Shown in pieces: positions 55,318 to 64,000 of a DNA stretch of 64,000 nt. The DNA is taken from contig CM120646.1 in assembly GCA_051362555.1 (NCBI GenBank), positions 3,906,001 through 3,970,000 of the forward strand, read 5' to 3'. Source of the DNA: Lingula anatina. Its lineage: Eukaryota; Animalia; Brachiopoda. A program made the position numbers and the translations under genes. Under the pieces are notes generated by a model that saw only the letters and a list, made by a program, of their open reading frames with translations, did not search any database and was not told where the DNA came from. Each line of letters opens with the position of its first letter. Position 1 is the stretch's first letter.

Positions 55318-56124
55318 GAGCTCCTTTAAACTTTTCAAAAACCTACCAAGACAAGAAGTTGCAATAACAAATAACTATATACATGCATTATGGACTCGGA
55401 ATCGTTTTTCGGTTGGGAAGAGCATATGTGAGGTGGGTGATATGGGAAGTATTTCATGTGCACTCCTTTTTAGTCACTGTTTACTTGTTTTTTTTTACCT
55501 GCAATCTACACTCAAAAGTATATTTCAAAACTGAAATTCACTGAGTCATATTTTCTCATTTATCTTTTAGCATATACTACTATATTTCGTTTTTGTTTTG
55601 TAGATTTTTTCATAGACAAATTATATCGCTGAATACCTTTGTTGTGCGTTGGTGTAAAGGATGGATTATTCGGTCTTTTCGATGTTTCGAAAATAAAAAG
55701 CCCCGTGATTCTTTGATTATCTTTAAATAATACATCTAACGTTATTGAAAACGAAACAAAACAAAAACGAAACTATATGAAAATATAGGCCTACCTGCTT
55801 TTATCTTCACTTTCCGACTGATAATCGTTCCCACCAAGTTGCTGGCCATACATCTGTAGCTGGCGATGTGAACGTCTGCTCTAAACGCGCCATCTTGAAA
55901 TGGCGGGAAATACAAAGAGTTGTTGTGAAGGATTTCTATCACACCAGGAATGTTGTCCACAAAACTCCCGTCCTCCTTGGCCCATTCTAAAACAGGGGCT
56001 GGGCGCCCAAAGGCGGAACAGTCCAAAAGAGTTCCTTTTGTGTTGGCGAAGGCCACTTGGCTATGGGTTGGTTCGTAGATGAAAACCGGTCCTCGTGGTC
56101 CACTGTTGGTGACATTGGAAAGGA
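29666..56124 (-). CDS. Dscam: Down syndrome cell adhesion molecule (Dscam) orthologue; about 2140 aa visible, signal-peptide exon not located (5' partial)
   Basis: 38 exons (high-low): 56124-55795, 50489-50331, 50055-49906, 49555-49274, 49023-48754, 48458-48162, 47893-47783, 47501-47340, 46975-46821, 46491-46365, 46186-46067, 45721-45527, 45120-44973, 44665-44517, 44336-44205, 43871-43704, 43335-43265, 42933-42696, 42370-42224, 41908-41753, 41384-41245, 39748-39592, 39214-39100, 38820-38663, 37092-36994, 36370-36238, 35898-35670, 35460-35340, 34108-33947 (TM), 33633-33391, 33048-32867, 32560-32449, 32069-31902, 31568-31302, 31000-30844, 30644-30487, 30264-30123, 29780-29666. The summed lengths (6425 nt) keep frame to TAA. 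Diagnostic 9Ig-4FN3-1Ig-2FN3-TM order, Ig1 GPVFIYEP, DDRYSILPSGELHIR, cytoplasmic NPYATF and C-terminal PDZ-type motif FTVV*. Confidence 0.95.
33700..33829. repeat. Diverged tandem duplication, unit of about 65 bp x2, Dscam intron
   Basis: ttttaattttactttaatt.taaag.ttttatc...aatatc.aatata.taaccttcag twice. Confidence 0.8.
34896..34937 (-). CDS. Dscam: Candidate 42-nt cassette exon of Dscam between FN3-6 and the transmembrane exon
   Basis: gttgttgttgtag|AAAAACTCCC...CTGTCAA|gtgagt; symmetric phase 1, no stop, adds 14 aa (EKLPDSLPMDFSLS). Confidence 0.62.
39713..39979. repeat. 45-bp direct duplication of a Dscam splice acceptor plus the first 12 codons (39713-39757 and 39935-39979)
   Basis: ctgRctgggagggacYtccacacggtccaRgatctcctggagaaa occurs twice, 222 bp apart, with 3 mismatches. 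Confidence 0.95.
39820..39934 (+). mobile_element. Second RTE-LINE fragment, truncated at both ends, between duplicated Dscam acceptors
   Basis: Aligns by eye to 40862-40982 (tagacaggctgtaaaa...gggctagcctggaacaccatag). Translates in pieces as ICRQAVK...SGKRKCGR...RTIKADMKTTGLAWNTI. Preceded by A/(AAT)n at 39755-39815. Confidence 0.75.
40862..41075 (+). mobile_element. 3' end of a decayed RTE-clade LINE in a Dscam intron (antisense to Dscam)
   Basis: The plus strand translates, with frameshifts in its 5' part, as RLAVKWAP...ANAEVKTSGLDWNTIGKEAQERENWRFLLSALFDPSHE* (TAG 41051-41053). This matches the RTE ORF C-terminus pattern (W-x-P-x-GKRxRGRP...TWRR...W...AQDRxxWRxxVxAL) and is followed by a gtaggtaagtaa tail. 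Confidence 0.8.
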
Positions 56125-56736
56125 CTGAAATGATGACACAAACATTTAAATATTATTGTTTTTTTTTAAATACGTGGAATAATATTGTTTTCACAAAATA
56201 CATGTAGCTATATTGATTTGGAATTATACGTAATTACATGTGCATCAAAATAACATTAATAACATCAAGGCTAATACAGTAATGGTTTTATCATCGTTAA
56301 TTGTTCTAATCTCATCAACAGAAAAGTAACGTGCGCATCTATAGAATTAATTCTAAAGCATGCATTTAAAATCCACTGAAAACATTTAATTAAAATACAA
56401 TTTAGAGTGTAATGATATCATAGAACATAGTTGGCGTATAAAGATATTGTGTATTTCGTGTATTCGTGATGTGTATTTCGATGTCCATATTCACTCGGAG
56501 CAATATGTTCGAATAGTTAGGCAGTTGTGGCCCGTGAATATTAACCACTAAATATCTAGAACTAGGAGGTATTTTACTACAGTGTTTATCTCAACTACAT
56601 GTTTATGTTTCCGTGCACCCAATTGTCATTTATCAATATCTGTCCGACACACCTTATGTGGTTGAACTACATGCACCAAAAGTGGGTGTTCCGTGGAGAA
56701 GTACTGCTGTAGATTGAAACTGCCATTGGAGCAAAA

Positions 56737-56800
<64 letters not shown>

Positions 56801-59800
56801 ATGAGATTATGTCAGATTTATACATCCACTGCAATATGTCATTCTTTGCAAAACACTATTGCTACTGCATTTTGGCTCATACGCAAGATGCTTAAAAGTA
56901 CTTTTAACATTGGATGCTCAGGAAATTGTTCTCGCTCTCAAAGTCTGGATAATAGAAATATATTTTGTCTTGTCCACCCAGATTAGAAACGCGTATTTGC
57001 ATTGCTTCCCACGCCAACAGTGAAGCTGCATATCGACAGCCTGTACATCAACTGAAGAATAAATTGATGTTTAATTTTATTTAGATAATTCTCCTGCTAG
57101 TTTTCGGTTGCCAGAATGCCAATCAAGTGATTCTAGCAAATACAACCCTGTGGCTCAAAGCATACTGGAATCCATCTCTGTACTCTGCATGCTATTGCCG
57201 TTCCCAATAGAACTTTGACAGGCTTCACAGTCAAAATTTTTGGCAAAAATTTAGTCTGCCTCAGTTCAAGATAAAAGATTTTCAGTCCAGTTAATTAATC
57301 AAATAAAATATTGATCTAAAGCACAAGTTAAGACTTTCTTGATATCAACTGGGGTAACATTTCCTTCAGTAAGACTACTTCTGATTTAACTCGGTTCAAA
57401 GAAGAGGGAAATTTAGCATAGAATTGTCGACCAAATTTCGAGCTAACTTATTTTCAAGAAGCGATCCCTTTTTTCTAAACCTTAAGGGCTGGGCAAGCGG
57501 AGTGAAGTTAGTGTCATGTACGAGTGTTCTGAAACGCAGGGTGTTGCAAAGTGATTTATCACTACACGCTTGAGATGATCCATTGCATCTAATTCAGTCT
57601 TGTTCACATTAACTGAAAGTATGTCTTGTTCTGAATTACGTTTGAATCCTACTAGTTCTGGAATGGCAAGAGTAAGTGAAGTCAAAACTGTTCAATTTCT
57701 GTCGTAGATTTATCTAAACGCGTCTAACATTTATAAATGTGTCTAACATTTAGTCTGCTAATCAAAATGAAGGGTCTGACGTCATCAAATAGCCTCCACA
57801 CCAGAGACGCCCGAGAAAAATTGGGTTTACTTTTCAAGGTGTGCTGCTGCTGGGCTGAAGCACACACTCAGTAGATCGGTTTGATGCTTGCATACTGTTG
57901 TTAGAACCGGTCTTCATACAACTATCGAGCGTGCACATTAAGATAAGATTGGTTTCGTTTTTCTCAGTAATTGACTGCAAACATCTAAAATTGATACCGT
58001 TGGCGCCACAAGAATTCATAGAAAGAACTCAAGAAACTCGACCACTTCCTCTTATGGACAATTAAGAAGGTCTCTGTTTCAGAAAAAAAGAAGCCAAGAA
58101 AACCTTTCCATGTGAACGGGCCAACTGGCCCCCAATTACACGTTCTAGTGGTCGATTCCTTCCGCCGTGAAACAGCCCGTTAGGGAATGGATGTCAGTAT
58201 TGTTTATGTGGGACATAAAGGCCACCGTATAAGTGGATTAAAATGTCATATATCAATGGTACTTAATTTATTAACGGCCTTGGTTCTAGGTGTGTTTCTT
58301 CCTGCACCGATATTCATTTTGCGGTAAACAGGTGGTAGTGGGGTTTATAATGCAGTGTCTTATGGGAAATTTTCTAATTGAAATTTGAAAGTCGACGTAA
58401 AGGGGGGCTTAAAAGAAATACTACTCCTTCGAGGAGGATACATAAACTTATTTGTCCACGCTCGAATAGGGCCAACATACGCATACTGCACACGGCGAAT
58501 TACTTCCAAATCAATCAGAGACCGTATAAACAATAATGTACAGTCTATTGCAATACACGTTCTATCAGTAGCATATGCCATGATCAATATACCGGAGTCA
58601 TCTAAGCTGTCTTCTTTAGGTTATTGCAGTATCTCTGAGCCCGTTCACACGTACCGAGATTTAGTGTGTTCCTAAGTCGCTCCTGGTTCGTAATTGTACC
58701 TGTGCGCCTGATTATATTTTGTACAAAAAATTATTTTCAAATATTTAAATGAGTCAACAAATGAACCCTTGATCATAAATTTTGATATCTCCCTGATGTA
58801 ATTTGCTCATCGTCCGCTTTAAAGTGCAACAGAATTCGTTAAAACAAGCGCGACACTAAAGAGCCACGTAAACTGTCCTCTCACAAAGACCATCGGTTCT
58901 TCAAATAATCGGTTGAAATAATCACGCTGATTCTGCTGAATTACACCGGTGGCTTTTGCACCGAAACACCTCGTCTCCTTGCACTTGAGGTGTTCTTCAG
59001 TTAATTGTCAGTTTACAGAAAACACTATAACGATATGTGAACTCTTAAGTCTTTTAAATCTGAATCCAAAAATTGCCAATTCACGTTTATTGGATTAGAA
59101 TAGTAGGGTCTATACTCAGTTGTAATATAAAATGTCAATAAGTGCAACGCATTTGCTTACTGAACCAGCCCGATGATTAGAGATTTCAAATTACTCTCTA
59201 ACTAATTCGATATGAGAAAGTGTTGGCATGATATGTATTGGGTAAACACACACAGTGAAAGATAAGAGTCAAAATAAAGTCCATCAGGGGATCAGAAAAT
59301 TGCAAGGCCTTGGTTCCTACTGAAGATTCAGAAAAGACATATTCCACTCTTCCAGTACTGCTTTTTTATACTTTTCCTTAAGAGGCCATAACAATATTTC
59401 TCACCGTATTGCTACATTTTAACCATGTGCAAAACCATATTCTTTCTTCACTATAAAAGTTGTAAAATTTTTGAATGGCATTCCCACATTTTCTACTTTA
59501 TCTGAAAAAATTCAAGCCATTTGGCCCACAGAAACCATCCTCAACAGCGAACCCAAACAAAAGTTCCCTTCCATTCATCATTATCCATTTCATTTCGTAA
59601 CTGCGCGAAATGAAAATAAAATTGCCACATAACGGGTAGATGTTGTTCAAGACTTTTGGAAAAGCTGAACAGAAAGTTCAATAAGTTACACGCGAGTCCC
59701 TTGGGTAGAAAATATAGTTAGATCCTGGGTTTGGCCTTAATTTGTTTCCATTTTATCTAATGGGATGCAATTGCTTTCAGGCATATTCAGACTGAAGTAG

Positions 59801-59814
59801 AATGTAAAACGCAA

Positions 59815-59861
59815 TGACGTCAAAATGTGGATGACGTAACAGAATGGCGATGATGACGTCA
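59815..59861. promoter_or_regulatory. Cluster of three CRE/ATF sites upstream of the Dscam Ig1 exon (probably intronic)
   Basis: TGACGTCA 59815-59822, TGACGTAA 59832-59839, TGACGTCA 59854-59861. Confidence 0.45.
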
Positions 59862-61082
59862 GCTATCCAGCAGAAAGTGTGTGCAGGCTTTAAAAAAAAA
59901 TGTACTTCTAGTAGGATAGGTGGTGCATACGGTGAGATGCACAAACCGTTTCTTTCACTTCATGCCTGTGCTACACAACATGCAGCACTGCATATGCTGT
60001 ACACGCCGTACACTGAATTTTATTCTCTTCCCTAACCGATAGAATAGCCAACTCTTGAATTATTGAACAATTGTAGATAATGATATTCTTGCTTACTAAT
60101 GGCAAGATAGACATAGCCATTAATCATTATGAATTGTGCTGCATCTCCCTTCAAATTAAAATTACCATCCACTATCAGTGTTTAATCAAATGCAACCAGA
60201 AGAGATCACTGACACCCACTAATTACAATAATCCAATTACAATAATTATCGGTTGAATATCGTTGTAGCGGATGCGGGATCAGGAAATTAATAAAATGTG
60301 AAAATTCTCATTTCTCTGCAGAATTGCAGAGCTACAAAACAATGATATTTCAATGGTTGAACACTGGCTTCTGTTAGCCATAATTGTCCCCTGATTCATC
60401 ATATCTATGGTTTACCCCTGGGATTCTTAAAAAGACTAATGGGTCGAAGTACATTTTACCCTTTTCTCAGTTAAGATGCTTTTGATGCTCAGTGTACATT
60501 TTCGTACTCAAGAAAAAAAAGGAATCTTCAATGAGACGGTTTGCTAAAACAGGTGCAACCCAATGCAGTTTGCTGTACATGTGCATGTACATGTGCCCGG
60601 CTGAGCACGTACATGTACATTCTCCCTTTTGAGATGGGGAGTTGTCTACAAGTTTGTTTTGGAAATGGGGGCTTGGGTGTAACTTATGAATTTGCCATAC
60701 TAATATGAATGCAAAGAGACATGAAATATTCTAAAAAGTAGCGAAAAAAGTCTCATGTCTAATATTGGGTGTTTTTCTACACTGGTGACTTGACTACACC
60801 TTGACTTAACCTACAACTCTTTTCTTGGTATGTTTGCTTCCGGCGTGAGGTGTTGTTTTTCAAAGTGATGTAGTTTTAAGATACGGATGAACAAAATATA
60901 CAGAATTCGTCTCTTTCGATAATTATTTTCCAAATTATTTGCCGGGTTATCAAAATTGTCTTGGGAAATTATATTCCACAAGCAGGAAACACAAGCAGGA
61001 GATATCACTTTCAATAACCGAAGTGAAAAGGGTGCATCATATCACTTTGGCTTTATTTTTATATCTTTCGAAGTTTAAATGT

Positions 61083-61133
61083 TTAAATATGTGATAAGAT
61101 CACATATTTAATGTTTTAATATGTGATCTTATC
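61083..61133. repeat. Overlapping perfect inverted repeats (three alternating AATATGTGAT units)
   Basis: gataagatcacatatt (61093-61108) pairs with aatatgtgatcttatc (61118-61133); ttaaatatgtgat (61083-61095) pairs with atcacatatttaa (61099-61111). Confidence 0.85.
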
Positions 61134-64000
61134 TGCACTAACAGATTGATAACAGCGTTTTTTTCACGGCATACTCAGTATACTGATGGAAAAGGCCAAT
61201 TAAAAACCACAAAACGTAGTTTCAAAAGCCTCAGGTAAATTTCTTTTCAATTTACCTATGAAGGTTTGAGTTCACCCTTTCTCAGCTTTTCAATTAAGTA
61301 GGGCTGATCGGGTCAGACTTGGCTTGCTGAAAAAATTAGAAAATTGGAAACTGTATATATTGGGTCGCACGTCTGGCTAGTTGCCCTCTGCAACATGGCG
61401 AATTTGAAACTTAACTAAGTTGTTGAACTTCAGTGGTAACCACCAAGGTTCCTCCTTTCTGTTTCTTAGAAGCTTTTGTGTGCTAGAAATAGAGTTATTC
61501 CTGTGTATTTGAAAACTAACATTTAAACTAATTAGAAAGTGAAGGCTATATTTCCGGGGGTTTGGCATTACGCTACACTATTCGGGCAGTTCACGATGAC
61601 TCACGTAAAAGTTAAACCGAGTTGTTAGATTTCAGTATCTAACATTAAATACTCCTGCATTTTGTACGTCGGAACCCTTTTCACAGCTTTTGCTTGTAAT
61701 ACATTGTTTCATGTGTGATCAATTCTAAAAATGACACCTGTTTAATTTGTCACAAAATTCCTCTCATTAATTTGTCGAAAATGGTTATTTCTTGCAAACT
61801 GAAAGTTGTTATGTAAGTTACAGTTGAAAGTAAAACCAAAAAACCGATAGTAAATGGACGTGTTTGTTGCATGCCATCGTAAAGAGTATGACATCTTTTG
61901 GAAACAATTATCACGTTTATAAGCTTCCTTATTTAATGGGATATGCAAGATTCATGTACGTATTGTTTTCAACAGTATAGGAAGGAGTGAATTATTTTCT
62001 ACTTTTAATAAACAAAAAATGTTATTCTCATTTTTATTATTGAAAACTTTCGAATGAAATCACCGGCTTTGATGTGCTTGGCAGCCAAGAAACATTCTGG
62101 AGTTTACCTTTTTGTCTATTTGATTGTAGAAAGGCACGAGCCAATGTTGTTCTATGCTTTTTGTGGCAGTAGCCCCGGGCTATACGTACAAATTTATCTG
62201 AGTCCTGATTGGGTCACTGAATTCTCTTTCACCAACTTCAATCTGTACTCCACAGAGTTTTTTGTGCGTGTGAAAATGCAACTAAATGTTTCGTTTGAAG
62301 GTCGATTTTTCTATCGATATGAAAACAATGATTTGAGATTTCAGTTCTTTGTGAAAATTGGGTTGATTTGGCGCCAAACAGAGGAAAATTATAGACTGCA
62401 CACAGCTATATCTACTATACCATGGTAACTTTTTCAAGTCGAGGTTGCCTTAACAACGATGCTAGTTTTTCTGAATATTTTTCCTTGAAGCGTAAACCAA
62501 TTTTCCTGGATCATTTGCGCCCTGACCTGAAAATTTTGGACTTGTGTATCAATGAGAACCTCAATGTTTTCGGATTTATCGACATTATATGTGTTAATTA
62601 TTCTTTTCCTCTCTTTCTAATTCTGAAAAATCAATTGGATGTGCAAAATCAAAATTTTAACAACCAATGGATTCACATATACGTTATTCCTTTTCAATTT
62701 CAGATAGACAAAAACTCTACTTCCTAACACCGTAAATGATGTTCCATATTTCACCACTGTAAAGCCGCATTGCCATTCAACTGTGCATACATGTACAACT
62801 CCATTTAGTACACATTATTCTGCCTATAGGATGCTAACAAAACCGTATGCTATTCGCCCTTATTACAATGTCGGTGGTTGCTTAACAGCAAAGAGATTAG
62901 ATTGGTTTCCTACGATTGGAACCAAAACCAAATGGTCTGTGGAGTCAGCAAGCCCTTATCACGTTCCTAATTGGGCGGAAATGTACTTTGACAGTGTTAA
63001 AAAAGAAGCATGTAGAACCCAATCTACCTGAAAAACTTCACAGGTCTCTACTTGGCTCTAGCTGACGCACATTTCCTTGAACCTGACCCTCCCTACATAA
63101 GTGTGGTCATCTGTTCTCAGAGGCAAACCAGCTGGAACTGAGCAGCATTTCCTGGATAAGTGTTTTAAAGTGCAGGGGGATGCAAAGGTATTTGGCGAGA
63201 GGAAAAGCTAGGACAACCCTGGTTCAAAAATTATATATAAATTATGTCATTCTTTATTTGCATTCATGTAGATGTAATTGCACCGTTAGGTTCCTGTCAA
63301 AAAAATCACATCTGTAAGAAAATTTGCAAAAAATGTTGTGACTATGTAGCCATACATGGCTTTGGTTGTAAAGAGCTCACCAGACCTTTTCCAAAGAAAG
63401 AACCACGTTAGTCTTACTATAAATGGATTCGGACCATCGTGTATAATAATAATAATAATGATAATAACAAAAGACGTCCAAGTGAGGCGGCCTTTTCAAA
63501 ATTAAAAAAAAGATTATCCCAAACAGATGTATCAAAAACGCTTTTGTAAATGTATACAGATGTTTTGGATTGAAATATTCAGAATAAGTCGACAAAAAGT
63601 CGACATTCTTTTTGTTTGCACCCCGATTAATATCGGCCCTGTATTCTACTGACGTTTATAGCTCGCTCAACACGAATAAAACATTTGCTGTTTTTAATGA
63701 TTGTAAAGTAAGTAGCAAAATGGGAAGTGTAAAGATCAATTTATAAACATCAGCAGAATATGTAAGCAACAGAACACATAATGTTATAACTAACACAAGG
63801 GAGATTTGTATGAAACCGTCACAATCACATATTGTATTACATCTGTAGCTATCGCAAGAGTAACAAAAAGCACTGAAGGATAATGCAAGCTTAAAAAGAT
63901 AAATGTTGGCAAGTTCAAGCCACAGCGTTCATAAGGTTATGAGTTACCTTGTATCTCTTCAAGGTAATTGTGTGTATGCGTAAGTCAAAAAAAGAACTTT

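Noticed and set aside
46300-55794. Arthropod-style mutually exclusive exon arrays for Dscam Ig2, Ig3 or Ig7
   Set aside because: Only one copy of each exon is visible. The Ig3 and Ig7 introns are too short, and no paralog of exon 50489-50331 was seen in the 5.3-kb upstream intron.
8077-56124. Treating the TIR gene, three-finger pair and Dscam as one functional immune cluster
   Set aside because: Adjacency alone in an animal genome is not evidence; it would need conserved synteny or co-expression.
62054-63031. ORFs of 124, 101 and 82 aa
   Set aside because: AT-rich and Phe-rich, with no recognisable motifs or splice-consistent structure.
56125-64000. Dscam signal-peptide exon (e.g. ORF 63377-63595)
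   Set aside because: No convincing ATG plus hydrophobic core plus phase-1 donor was found. That ORF runs through a TAT microsatellite and a transposon-like end, so the exon probably lies beyond the window.

Overview
Intron-rich, AT-rich animal genomic DNA. An invertebrate, probably a lophotrochozoan, is inferred from gene content, (GA)n/(CA)n microsatellites and frequent TACATGTA. Four multi-exon genes were reconstructed by hand from GT-AG boundaries and reading-frame continuity. (1) A 10-coding-exon, 661-aa ARM-TIR-SAM protein (+, 8077-13609) with an N-myristoylation consensus and the TIR glutamate intact. (2,3) A tandem pair of 255-aa GPI-anchored proteins, each with two three-finger (Ly6/uPAR-like) domains (+, 18490-21009 and 22788-25204), showing patchwork sequence homogenisation. 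(4) A Dscam orthologue (-, 56124 to 29666; 38 exons, 9Ig-4FN3-Ig-2FN3-TM-tail, no arthropod-type exon arrays) whose signal-peptide exon was not found. The most unusual structure lies in Dscam FN3-4: a 45-bp duplication of the splice acceptor and exon start flanks an antisense RTE-LINE fragment, giving two in-frame acceptors 222 nt apart. Also present are a 42-nt juxtamembrane cassette-exon candidate, several MITE and DNA-transposon remnants, a possible spliced divergent transcript with a 95-aa signal-anchor ORF, and clustered X-box-like and CRE motifs. No database searches were possible, so family assignments rest on recognised motifs.
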